This document shows, one piece after another, positions 9,679 to 19,329 of a stretch of 64,000 nucleotides of DNA. Position numbers and translations under genes: made by a program. Source of the stretch: Sedimentisphaerales bacterium. Its GTDB lineage: Bacteria; Planctomycetota; Phycisphaerae; Sedimentisphaerales; Anaerobacaceae. Where the stretch lies: assembly GCA_963708075.1 (NCBI GenBank), contig OY970194.1, positions 3,936,001-4,000,000 of the forward strand, in the 5' to 3' direction. Each line of letters begins with the position of its first letter. Positions within the stretch are counted from its first letter, which is position 1. Below the pieces are notes generated by a model. That model had not been told where the DNA came from and ran no database searches. It was given only the letters and a program-made list of their open reading frames with translations.

Positions 9679-11166
9679 ATGACAGCCCATGAGACGGTTC
9701 TACTGACAGGCATCACAGGGTCCATCGGAAGCTGGGTCGCCGGAACGATCCTGCAGGACGGCGGGCGAATCGTGGCCATCGTCCGGGCCGATACCGAGTC
9801 TGCCGCTGCCGCCCGAGTGCGCGAGGCACTGGCGGTCGTTAGCGTCCAAGAGCACGCCGATCATGTCAAGGCGGTGTGCGGGGACATCTGCGACGGCCAG
9901 CTTGTTGGACATCTCATCAGGGGGGAGACGGGAATATCGCACATCGTGCACTGCGCCGGCATGGTGGAGTTCGGGCAGGAGTTCGCGGCGTTGAGCCATC
10001 GAGTCAACGTGGAGGGAACCGCCAACCTGCTGACGCTGGCCGAGAAGCTCAGGGTCCCCTTTTGTCATTTCAGCACCGCCTACGTTGCCGGCGACCGACA
10101 GGGGCGGGTGTTCGAACATGAGACTTCTATGGGTCAGCAGTTCCACAATCCCTATGAGTCTTCCAAGTGCCAGGCCGAGTTGTTGGTCCAAGACTGGGCG
10201 ATGCGCACAGGTCTTGGTGCGTTCATGTTCCGGCCGAGCATCGTTGTCGGGGATAGTCGGCAAGGACGCATCGTCCACTTCGACGGGCTCTACAACTTCA
10301 TGCGCATGCTCGACAGCGTCGCAGGGGCCGTCGGCACGCGAGAGTTCCGTGTCGTAGCCAACCCGGATGCGACGAAGAATCTTGTGCCCGCCGACTACGT
10401 GGCCCGTGCCGCCTGGCACATTATCAGGACAAGTGCTCCCCGGACCTACCATATCACAAATCCTCAGCCAGTGTCGCTTGCAGTGCTCCGGGACATCTTT
10501 GCCGATCTGTTCGCCGTCCCCGGGGCACGGCTTGTGCGGGAGGAGGAATTCCGTCGGAAGAAACCCGATAGATTCGAGTCGATGTATCAAAAAGCGGCCG
10601 TTCAGTATGCCCCGTATCTGGCCGCAGAGCCGGTTTTTGACCGGACGAACACAGACACTGCCCTGCGTGACACTTCCCTGATGCCGCCGGAGATGAATAT
10701 GGCTTTCTTTCAAAAACTGCTGGACTATGCACGAAGAACCAAGTGGGGCAAGGCACACACGGAGCCTCCTGTCATGCTCCCGGGGCGAGAAAGATTCGTG
10801 GAACAGTATTTCGACAGCTTCCTGACCGAGAAGATGCACCAGCAACTGCTGCCCAACCTTAAGCATCTGACCGCAAGCTGCCGGATTGCCGTGGAAGACT
10901 TGCCCGGGCGGTCGTGGTCGCTGAGAATCGACCAGGGCCGGCTTGAGGAGATATCGCAAAATGGCATGGTCTGTCAGTGCACGTTCTCCCTCCACAGCGA
11001 CACCTTCTCGGCGATTGTCGGCGGCAGGCTCGCCCCGCAACAGGCATTCTTTCAGAGGAAGATCCATATCGCAGGCGACATGGAGACGGGCCTGAAATTG
11101 GCCACTGTCCTGGCGGCGTTCTTCAAGAAATGGCCCTACGACATGGAGACGCACCGTGTGGGATAG
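9679..11166 (+). CDS. Thioester/acyl-CoA reductase-type extended SDR fused to a C-terminal SCP2 lipid-binding domain
   Basis: LLTGITGSIG, HCAG, NVEGT, STAYV, YESSK, RPSIVVG; C-terminal GRLAPQQAFFQRKIHIAGDMETGLKL is SCP2-like. Alternative GTG start at 9667 overlaps the upstream stop. Confidence 0.82.
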   Translation: MTAHETVLLTGITGSIGSWVAGTILQDGGRIVAIVRADTESAAAARVREALAVVSVQEHADHVKAVCGDICDGQLVGHLIRGETGISHIVHCAGMVEFGQEFAALSHRVNVEGTANLLTLAEKLRVPFCHFSTAYVAGDRQGRVFEHETSMGQQFHNPYESSKCQAELLVQDWAMRTGLGAFMFRPSIVVGDSRQGRIVHFDGLYNFMRMLDSVAGAVGTREFRVVANPDATKNLVPADYVARAAWHIIRTSAPRTYHITNPQPVSLAVLRDIFADLFAVPGARLVREEEFRRKKPDRFESMYQKAAVQYAPYLAAEPVFDRTNTDTALRDTSLMPPEMNMAFFQKLLDYARRTKWGKAHTEPPVMLPGRERFVEQYFDSFLTEKMHQQLLPNLKHLTASCRIAVEDLPGRSWSLRIDQGRLEEISQNGMVCQCTFSLHSDTFSAIVGGRLAPQQAFFQRKIHIAGDMETGLKLATVLAAFFKKWPYDMETHRVG

Positions 11167-13334
11167 TCTCACGACAATCCTGGCCGACAGAAGTCGATGG
11201 ATCGCCGTGGCCTGCCTGTGCAGCGTCGCGATTCCCGTCTATTGGCTCAGAAATGCCCGCGTCGATAACTCAATCGAGGTGTGGACGGGGACAAGGAGCA
11301 GGACGCACCGCAGCTATCAGCAGTTCCTAGAGAAATACGGGAACGAGGAGTTCGTCGTGATTGCCGGCGAGGCAGAGGACCCGCTCTCCGAGGAGACATT
11401 GGCCTTTCAGGGCGACCTGGCGTCGCGCCTGCGACAGATCGATGGGGTGGAAGGCGTTCTGGATATTACGCAGGCGGCCGCCGCCTTCGAAAAGTACAGG
11501 CCCGAGGACTGGAAAGAGTCTCTCAGCGGCACCGGCTTTTTTCGGAATCTGCTGCTCGGCAAAGATGGACGCACATTCGGCGTCATCGCCTGGCTGCGGA
11601 AGATTGATGATCCCCCTTCGAGAAGGCTCGTGGTCGAAGAGATCGAGTCGGCGGTTGCCCAAGTCGCCGGTGACGGGAGGCAGATGCATCTGGCCGGGAC
11701 GCCGCTATTGAACGTAGCCCTCGACCGCGGCTCCCAGGAAGCATCCCGGCGGATTCTGCCCGCGGCCCTGGCTGTCTCCCTGGTTATTCTGGCGATCGTT
11801 CTGCGACGCGTCAGTGGAGTCATCGCGGTGATGGCCGCGGTGGGCGTGACCACGCTCTGGACTGTTGGCCTGATGGTTCTGGCCGGCAGAACCTTCAACA
11901 TGGTAACGGTGGCTCTCCCTTCCCTGCTGACGGTTCTTTCGCTCTCGGCCGGGATTCACATCGTCTTGCGAATCCAGTCGCTGCTGGCTGACATGGGGGA
12001 CCGCCGCGCCGCCGTGCGCGAGACTATTCGGGAAGTATTGCCGGCGGTTCTTCTATCGAATGTCACCACGGCCATCGGATTCGGCTCCTTGATGATCTCG
12101 GACATGCAGCCTGTCTCGGACTTCGGGTTGTTCGCCGCCGTCGGCATGATGCTCTCATTCCTTTTCAATGCGACCATGGTGCCGGGAATTCTCTCCTGGC
12201 TGCGTCCTGGTGCTATCACAGTCTCTGCGAGAACCGACGCACTGGACCTCGCCCGTGGGGCGGGCCGTCGCATCACGAAGAATCTGGTTCCTGGGCTCCG
12301 CGCTCGTCATACTGGTCGTCTCACTGCTGCTTATGACGGGACTTCGCGTGGAGTCGAATGTGCTGAAGTTCTTCCCGGCCGATTCAAAGGTCCGCCGGGA
12401 TTACCAGTTCGTTGCCGAGCAGCTCACGGGCCTGTACACCATCGAGCTCGATGCCGTGACCGACTCGCAGAACGGGAGCGTCCTGCTCAAGCAGATCGAG
12501 CAGCTAGGCACTGAACTGGCCGCGCGATCCGAGGTGGCTCAGGTGATTCACTACAAAAGTATCGCCACCGCCCTGGACCCAATTCGCCAGTCTGTTTTCG
12601 TCGAGACGGCCAGGGCTTCGGAGAATCCCCTGAAGCTCCTGGCGAAGAAATACCGTCATGCGGACGACGGTCGAATCTCGCTGCGAATGTCGATCCTGGT
12701 GCGTGCAATGTCAGGCACGGACTTCTATGCCTTGATGGATTTCGCACAGCAGGCGGCACAGCGGCTTGAGCCTCCGGCCACATACACGCTGACCGGCGTG
12801 GTCCCGCTGCTGAATTCGGCCCAGCGATCTCTGATCACCACGCAGGTCCGCAGTTTCGCCACAGCGGCAATCACAGTGCTGGCCCTGGTTGGCCTGTTCT
12901 TCTGGTCCTGGAGGGTCTTCCTCGCGGCCGCACTGCCCAATCTGCTCCCGACGGCGATCCTCTTTGCCGCGATGGCGGTTCTGAAGATACCCTTGGACGC
13001 GGCGACAGTCATGATCGCAGGCGTAGCTATCGGCATCGCCGTCGATGATACTTTCCACTTCTTCTCCTGCTACCGCGAGGCGAGGCAATCCGGGCAGGAC
13101 AGCCCGACGGCGATTTACAACAGCTTTCGCACGACCGGACGAGCCATCTTGTTCACGTCCGTCGTCGCCACCGCCGGCTTTGTCATTCTTCTGCTGGCCG
13201 AGTTCAAGCCGATCCAGTACTTTGGCCTTCTGGCCGGCGTGACCATGCTCACAGCCAGTGCGGCCGATTTCCTCGTGCTGCCGGCCTGCGTGGCTTCTGT
13301 GAACCTGTGGCATCGACAAGGGCAAGAACAGTGA
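11156..13334 (+). CDS. MMPL/RND family exporter, split by a +1 frameshift near 12230
   Basis: Two MMPL repeats: LSNVTTAIGFGSL..PVSDFG in ORF 11156-12514 and IAIGIAVDDTFHF..TGRAILFTS..GF in ORF 12168-13334. Removing one A from GAGAACCGAC joins the frames (..SARPTHWTS..). Confidence 0.82.
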
Positions 13335-14413
13335 ACGTGAAATCATCGTTTCTCGTCAGACTTGAGCACGTCCTTCGAATCCACTTCGATGCCAATCGCG
13401 GTGCGCCCTATTGGCTCGAGAAACAGCGTGAGCTTGGGATCGACGCCATCGAACACATTCGAACCATCGAGGACCTCGCCCTCCTCGGGCCTATGGATGA
13501 GCGTGCGCTGTCCGAGCGCCCTATCGAGGATTTCATTCCCAGGGTATTTCGCGAAAACAACGATCATCTTCTCGCCGAGACAGCCGGGACCCTGGGCAGG
13601 CCTAAAACCGCCGTCCACAGAGCGGATGAATTCGAAGCGGCCTTCATCGTGCCATTCGTCAAGGCCGCCGGCAGAGCGGACTTTCCCGAAGGCGGCCACT
13701 GGCTGTTCATCGGGCCGACAGGGCCACACATCATCGGCCGGGCGGCACGGCGGTGCGCCAGAGCCCTTGGCGCCGCGGACGCATTCACGGTGGATTTCGA
13801 TCCGCGATGGGCCAAGAAACTCCCGGCCGGCAGCTTCGCCGCGAAGCGATACCTGGCGCACATCGAGGAACAGGCTTTGGCCGTTCTCGAAGTCCAGAAT
13901 ATCGAGGTGCTCTTCGTGACGCCCGCTGTCTTAAGCAGTCTGACCGAGAGAATCAGCGAGGCGAAGCGCATGGCCATTCGCGGAATCCACCTGGGCGGCA
14001 TGGCAGCCTCGGCCGAGTTCATGCAGCGCACGACGGGACTGTTCCCCAACGCAGTGATCCTGTCAGGCTACGGCAATACTCTGTTTGGAATGATGCCGCA
14101 ACTTTGCTACTCGCATGAGACAGGTTTCGACTACTTCCCGCATGGCGACCGTCTCGTCGTTCGCCTGATCCCACTGTGCGAGGATGGGGACAAGCCGGAA
14201 ACCGCCGCCCATGTCGATTACGGCCGGCGGGGCCGGGTCATGGTGCACCGGCTGGATGAAATGCAGTTTCTGCCGAACCTGCTCGAACGGGACACCGCCG
14301 TACGGATTCCTCCGGAGCCCAGCGCCGCAGCCGACGGCTTCTTCCAGGATGGTCTCCGCGACCCGCAGCCGATCGTCAGCGAAACCATGAAGCCGGCCAT
14401 AGGATTATATTGA
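13331..14413 (+). CDS. GriC/EhpF-like adenylate-forming enzyme (PaaK/LuxE-related aryl-acid activating subunit)
   Basis: HF..RGAPYWLEK..LGID..EDL..PIEDFIPR N-terminus, ETAGTLGRPK P-loop, GPTGPHIIG, DFDPRW, GYGNTLFG, VDYGRRGRV, FLPNLLERD. GTG start overlaps the MMPL stop (GTGA). Confidence 0.7.
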   Translation: MNVKSSFLVRLEHVLRIHFDANRGAPYWLEKQRELGIDAIEHIRTIEDLALLGPMDERALSERPIEDFIPRVFRENNDHLLAETAGTLGRPKTAVHRADEFEAAFIVPFVKAAGRADFPEGGHWLFIGPTGPHIIGRAARRCARALGAADAFTVDFDPRWAKKLPAGSFAAKRYLAHIEEQALAVLEVQNIEVLFVTPAVLSSLTERISEAKRMAIRGIHLGGMAASAEFMQRTTGLFPNAVILSGYGNTLFGMMPQLCYSHETGFDYFPHGDRLVVRLIPLCEDGDKPETAAHVDYGRRGRVMVHRLDEMQFLPNLLERDTAVRIPPEPSAAADGFFQDGLRDPQPIVSETMKPAIGLY

Positions 14414-15123
14414 TGTTGCAAGCTGCATCGGAAGAACATGTGACGTTCCTGAGCGGAGCGGTTCGGCTCAGAGGAGTCCTCTCCTACCCGGAGCAGGCCC
14501 GGCCGGAGCTTGCGGTGCTGTTGTGCTCTCCGCACCCGCACTTTGCCGGTGACATGAACAACAACGTGATCTGCGCCGTCGCCCAACGTCTCGCCGCTCG
14601 CTGCGCGGTCATGCGATTCGATTACCGGGGTGTCGGGGAAAGTGAGATCAGCCTGGGGCCCGACGAGTCGGCCTTTGACTACTGGAATGAGATTGAGGAG
14701 ACGAAGGATTATCGCGATGCCGTCGAGGATGTCGCTGCGGCGGCCCGGGCACTGCTCGCGGCGACGGAGTCTCTCGACGTGGGCCTGTCAGTCGTGGGCT
14801 ATTCGTTCGGTGCGGCCACAGGCATGCTCTTTGCCTGCCACGAGAGCCGCGTGGAGAAGATGGTTGCGATCGCCCCGCCGCTGGGCAAGGTGCCTTTCGA
14901 ATTCCTTTCGGATTGCTGCAAGCCCAGCCTCCATATAGCCGGGAGGAACGACTTCCTGTATTCGGATGAGAAGATGGCCGCGTTTCGTCGGTCCGTTGGA
15001 CCGGCGGCGAGAGTTGTGGTCCTGGATGAGGCGGACCACTTCTTCCGAGGCGACGAGAACTCGGTGGCACGACAAATCGAGGAATATCTGCTTGGTACAA
15101 AAGGAAATCAGCATGGGTCTTGA
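14413..15123 (+). CDS. Alpha/beta-fold hydrolase
   Basis: PHPHFAGDMNNNV, RFDYRGVGES, GYSFG nucleophile elbow, GRNDF, ADHFF; TGATG stop-start overlap. Confidence 0.85.
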   Translation: MLQAASEEHVTFLSGAVRLRGVLSYPEQARPELAVLLCSPHPHFAGDMNNNVICAVAQRLAARCAVMRFDYRGVGESEISLGPDESAFDYWNEIEETKDYRDAVEDVAAAARALLAATESLDVGLSVVGYSFGAATGMLFACHESRVEKMVAIAPPLGKVPFEFLSDCCKPSLHIAGRNDFLYSDEKMAAFRRSVGPAARVVVLDEADHFFRGDENSVARQIEEYLLGTKGNQHGS

Positions 15124-17080
15124 GAAGAAACCCGAGATTCTCGCTCCGGCCGGCACGCTGGATGCGGTCCGCCAGGTGATCGATGCCGGCGCCGACGCTG
15201 TCTACGTCGGCGGCAAGGGTCTCAATATGAGGCAGCATCGGTCAAGCTATAACCTGACCGAGCCGGAGATCGCCGAGGCAATCGAGCTCGTTCACCGCGA
15301 GGGCAAGAGGCTCTATTTCACGCTGAATAGTCTGATCTTCGATTCGCAGCTCCCGCAGTTGCGGGAAGTTCTGGCCATGCTCGGCCGGCTCGGCCCCGAC
15401 GCCATCATCCTCCAGGATCTGGCCGTGGCAAGCCTGGCTCGGGAGATTTGCGTGCACGTGCCGCTCCACGCCAGCACGATGATGAACGTGCACAATGCGG
15501 AAACCGCCCTGGCGCTGAAGATGATGGGATTTGTGCGGGTCATTCCGTCCCGCGATATCCCGCTCCACGAGATCCGTCGTATCGGCGAGCGCTCGGGCCT
15601 GGAGATGGAGTGTTTCGTCCATGGCGATATGTGCATCTCGCAAAGCTCGCAATGCTACCTCAGCGGGATTCTCTTTGGCGAAAGCGCCAACTGCGGCCGC
15701 TGCATGAAGCCGTGCCGGTGGCAGTGGAAACTGGCCGTCCGTCAAGGCGACGGCGAATCGCTCGATCATGGAGAGGGCTACCTGCTGGCCCGCAAGGACC
15801 TGTGCATGCTGCCGCACATTCCGGCACTGGTCCAAAATGGCATCGCTGCCCTGAAGATCGAGGGCCGGATGCGGACGGCGGAGTTCCTGGCCCCTGTCGT
15901 GGCTCTTTATCGCAAGGCGATTGACTCCTATTTTGAAGATCCCGTGGGCTACACCACGAACGCGGGCGATATCCACAACCTCATCTCGCAACGCGTCCGC
16001 GAGATGACCACCGCGCACATGTTCGCCAATCCCGGCCGCGAGGGCGTTGACACGACGGGCAAGCGAGAACCCCGTTTCTTCAGCCATGCCTCCCCGGCCG
16101 CGCAGTTGACGGTGGGACAAGACGTGGCTCCGCACACCCCTGCAAAGTGGCCCGAACTGATCGTTCATGTCTCAACCGTGGCCGGGGCTGAAGCGGCTGC
16201 CGGCGCCGGCGCGAACGCGATCTACTTTTGTGGCGAAGGCTTCTGTCTGCACGGGGGAGTCCCGAGTGCGGAGGCCATCGGCAGCTTCGCCCGCAAGGCT
16301 GCTCAGAACAGCATTCGTATTGGTGTGATGATGCCGCACGTTTGCGATGAGCGGGACATGGCGGAGTGGAGGCGCCGCCTGCACGAACTCATCGCCTGGG
16401 GGAATCTCACCGTCGGTGTGTCGAATCTGGGCAGCCTGCAGATGGCTCGTGAGGAAAGGTGGCGTGACATCTTGACGGATTACCCGCTGAACACGGCCAA
16501 TTCCATTGCTGTCGATGAGCTTTCGACCCTTGGGGCACAGCGCGTCACGGCCTCGGCGGAGCTCACTTTTCAGCAGTTGTCTGCGTTCACAAAGGCGGTG
16601 CGGATGCCCATCGAGATCATCGGCCAAGGCCCAGTTTGTGGCATGCTGCTGGAGCATTGCGTGTTGGCGACTGCCGGCGGGCAGAACCCGCAGGGTGTTT
16701 GTTCGATGCCGTGCCGACGGGGTGTCTACGCACTGGAGGACACAGCATCACAGATCTTTCCGCTGGAGACGGACCGTCGTTGCCGCAATCATATCTTCAC
16801 GCCGGCGGATGTCTGCGTGTTGCCCAATCTCTCGCGGATGCTGTTGCTGGGCATCTCCGGCTTGCGGATTGAAGGCCACTTGGACAAGCCTGAAACGGTC
16901 GCAATCGTCACGCAAATCTATCGTGAAGCGATGGACTGTTTGAGAAATGGCCAAGCCATCGATGTCGCCGACGGGCTCTCGAAGATCTCCGCCGCCACAG
17001 AGCGCCCGCTCAGCGACGGGCCTTTTGACTTCCAGTCCATCAGGGTGATAGACAAGGAGAAAGAGCTTGCCCGAACATGA
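15113..17080 (+). CDS. Tandem U32-family (two-domain) Fe-S protein, probable O2-independent hydroxylase
   Basis: PEILAPAG, GADAVYVG, HAST, FVHGDMC with Cx6Cx15Cx3C, LKIEGRMR. A second U32-like domain from about 16150 has IYFCGEGFC, SNLG, LNTAN, SAELT, EHC-x13-C-x3-C, LRIEG. Confidence 0.82.
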   Translation: MGLEKKPEILAPAGTLDAVRQVIDAGADAVYVGGKGLNMRQHRSSYNLTEPEIAEAIELVHREGKRLYFTLNSLIFDSQLPQLREVLAMLGRLGPDAIILQDLAVASLAREICVHVPLHASTMMNVHNAETALALKMMGFVRVIPSRDIPLHEIRRIGERSGLEMECFVHGDMCISQSSQCYLSGILFGESANCGRCMKPCRWQWKLAVRQGDGESLDHGEGYLLARKDLCMLPHIPALVQNGIAALKIEGRMRTAEFLAPVVALYRKAIDSYFEDPVGYTTNAGDIHNLISQRVREMTTAHMFANPGREGVDTTGKREPRFFSHASPAAQLTVGQDVAPHTPAKWPELIVHVSTVAGAEAAAGAGANAIYFCGEGFCLHGGVPSAEAIGSFARKAAQNSIRIGVMMPHVCDERDMAEWRRRLHELIAWGNLTVGVSNLGSLQMAREERWRDILTDYPLNTANSIAVDELSTLGAQRVTASAELTFQQLSAFTKAVRMPIEIIGQGPVCGMLLEHCVLATAGGQNPQGVCSMPCRRGVYALEDTASQIFPLETDRRCRNHIFTPADVCVLPNLSRMLLLGISGLRIEGHLDKPETVAIVTQIYREAMDCLRNGQAIDVADGLSKISAATERPLSDGPFDFQSIRVIDKEKELART

Positions 17081-18359
17081 GCCCATAGGCCCGCAGGCGA
17101 TTCTGGCCAAGAAGCAGCAATACCTGATTCCCTGCTCGTACCATTTCTACAGGGATCCGCCTCAAATCGTGCGCGGCCAGGGGATCTACGTGTACGATTC
17201 CGCCGGCCGCAGGTACATGGACCTCTACTCCGGCGTGAGCGTTCATGCGCTGGGCCACTGCCATCCGGAGATGGTCGAGGCCATCTGCCAGCAAGTCAGA
17301 ACCCTGCAACATACAAGCACGATCTACCTGACAGAGCCCATTGTGAACCTGGCCGAGCAACTGGCGAAGGTGCTTCCCGGGCAGATTCGCAGGACTTTCT
17401 TCTGCTGCAGCGGCAGTGAAGCCAATGAAGGGGCGGCTTTGCTGGCGACGCTCCATACCGGCCGAAGCGAGTTCCTGGCCTTCCAGAATGGCTTGCACGG
17501 CCGCACGAAGTTGGGCATGAGCCTGACAGGCCTTGGTCTTTGGCGCACCGATCCCAACCCTGTCGGCGGGATTGTGCACGTGCCGCCGCCGCACTGCCGA
17601 AGTTGCCCGTTTGGGCAAAGTCTCGGCCAATGCCAATATCAGTGTGTCGCCGCTGTGGAGACCGCCATTCGCACGGCCACCAGCGGCAAGCCCGCCGCCA
17701 TGTTCGTCGAGCCCGTGCAAGGCAATGGCGGCATCATGGTCCCGCCGCCGGAGTACTTCCCCAAACTGCGTGAGGTCCTGAACCGGTACGGCATGCTGCT
17801 CATCGCTGATGAAGTCCAGACGGGTTTTGGACGCACCGGCAGAATGTTCGCTATGGAGCATTGGAACATCGCGCCCGATATTGTCACGGGCGGCAAGGCG
17901 CTGGGCGGGGGCACACCGGTGGGTTTCTTCTCCACGACCGACCAAATCGCCGCTAGTTATACCAGGCCCGGCGCATCGACCTTCGGCGGCAATCCCGTGA
18001 CGGCTCAGGCAGGCCTCAAGTTCCTGGAGATCCTGCAGCGTCAAGCCCTGGTGGACCACTGTGCCCGGATGGGAACCCTGTTACAGGGTCGCCTCAAGAA
18101 AATGGCTGAGAAGTCCGATATGGTCTCGGACGTTCGGGGTCTCGGATTGATGGTGGGGGTTGAGATCGCCGGGCATGGAACGCTATCTGCCGCCGAATGT
18201 ACGGATCGTATCCTAGAACGCATGAAAGATGTGGGGTATTTGCTGGGCAAGACCGGCCCCAGCCGCAATGTCCTGACATGGATGCCCCCTCTGATCATTC
18301 GACAAGAAGAGCTGATGGAGGCTATCGACGCCCTTGAGAAGACTCTCCAAAGTCTGTGA
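17067..18359 (+). CDS. Class III PLP-dependent aminotransferase
   Basis: AAGGAG RBS with TTG start; LGHCHP, SGSEANE, HGRT, EPVQGNGG, IADEVQTGFGRTG, GKALGGG (PLP Lys), STFGGNP. Confidence 0.9.
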   Translation: MPEHEPIGPQAILAKKQQYLIPCSYHFYRDPPQIVRGQGIYVYDSAGRRYMDLYSGVSVHALGHCHPEMVEAICQQVRTLQHTSTIYLTEPIVNLAEQLAKVLPGQIRRTFFCCSGSEANEGAALLATLHTGRSEFLAFQNGLHGRTKLGMSLTGLGLWRTDPNPVGGIVHVPPPHCRSCPFGQSLGQCQYQCVAAVETAIRTATSGKPAAMFVEPVQGNGGIMVPPPEYFPKLREVLNRYGMLLIADEVQTGFGRTGRMFAMEHWNIAPDIVTGGKALGGGTPVGFFSTTDQIAASYTRPGASTFGGNPVTAQAGLKFLEILQRQALVDHCARMGTLLQGRLKKMAEKSDMVSDVRGLGLMVGVEIAGHGTLSAAECTDRILERMKDVGYLLGKTGPSRNVLTWMPPLIIRQEELMEAIDALEKTLQSL

Positions 18360-19329
18360 CTCCCGGAGGCAGCCCGTTGCCAGGCTGCTCCTGGCAATAG
18401 CGGTATTCGCCATTCTCCTGGCGAGCTGCGCCTCATTCAAGCACCTGACGCTGGTGAGCAACACATTCCCGAGCGCCAAGGATTGTGGCAAATGCCACGT
18501 TGAGATCTACCATGAGTGGTCGCAGTCGGACCATGCTCACGCCTATACGAACCTGCACGTTCGGGCAGCAACAGATGATTACAGGTTCGAGAGCTGCCTG
18601 AGCTGCCACTCGCCCGAACCCACGCTGACGGATCGCGCTCCCACCGTTCGGGCGGCCGGCCGTGAGGAAGGGGTCACCTGCGTCGCCTGTCACCTCGATC
18701 AGGGTGCTCTTGCGGGTCCGCTGGAGCCGACCGGCAAAGTTCATCCGCATCCGATCAGCGTTCGGCCGGAAATCTACCACAGCAGTGGCATTTGCGGCCG
18801 ATGTCATGAAGGCACCATGACGCAGTGGGAATCAGTCCATGTGGAAAAACGAACTTGCCAACAGTGCCACATGGAATCCGTCACACGCAAGGTCACCCAG
18901 GCCACGGGCGGAATATCCAATGTCCTGGTGGCCATGGAGAAACAGGTCCCCCAGAGACGCCACAAGTTCTGCATTCTCGGCGACGCGCAATCACAAGAAC
19001 TCGTCACCCTGACGATCGAATCCTTGGGCGGCACGCTCGATGTTGTGGTCGAGAACAACCTGCCCCACAGCCTTCCGACAGGCGATTTCGGCTTTCGAAT
19101 CGTGACTCTGGAAGTCTTCGGCATCGACGCCGGCGGCAAGTCGATTCTCGCCGGAAGCTGGGAACTGGCTGGGGAATCCTCGACCGCCATTCCTGCGCAA
19201 GGGGCACGAGCGTGGTCATTGGATATCGGCCCCGGCTGCAAAACGGCCCGCGCCGTCCTGACTCGACGCAGCTACGACCAGGAGGCTCTCGTGCTGGCGG
19301 AGGCACAGGTGGAGGTGGCGAAGCCATGA
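18334..19329 (+). CDS. Pentaheme cytochrome c lipoprotein (c554-like) with C-terminal beta domain
   Basis: Lipobox ILLASC; five CxxCH (CGKCH, CLSCH, CVACH, CGRCH, CQQCH); EWSQSDH and PHSLPTG motifs. TTG start uncertain. Confidence 0.82.
   Translation: MRRLSKVCDSRRQPVARLLLAIAVFAILLASCASFKHLTLVSNTFPSAKDCGKCHVEIYHEWSQSDHAHAYTNLHVRAATDDYRFESCLSCHSPEPTLTDRAPTVRAAGREEGVTCVACHLDQGALAGPLEPTGKVHPHPISVRPEIYHSSGICGRCHEGTMTQWESVHVEKRTCQQCHMESVTRKVTQATGGISNVLVAMEKQVPQRRHKFCILGDAQSQELVTLTIESLGGTLDVVVENNLPHSLPTGDFGFRIVTLEVFGIDAGGKSILAGSWELAGESSTAIPAQGARAWSLDIGPGCKTARAVLTRRSYDQEALVLAEAQVEVAKP

Noticed and set aside
15113..17080. Collagenase/peptidase function implied by the U32 name
   Set aside because: No signal peptide, Fe-S cysteine motifs are present, and the best-characterised U32 members act in hydroxylation.
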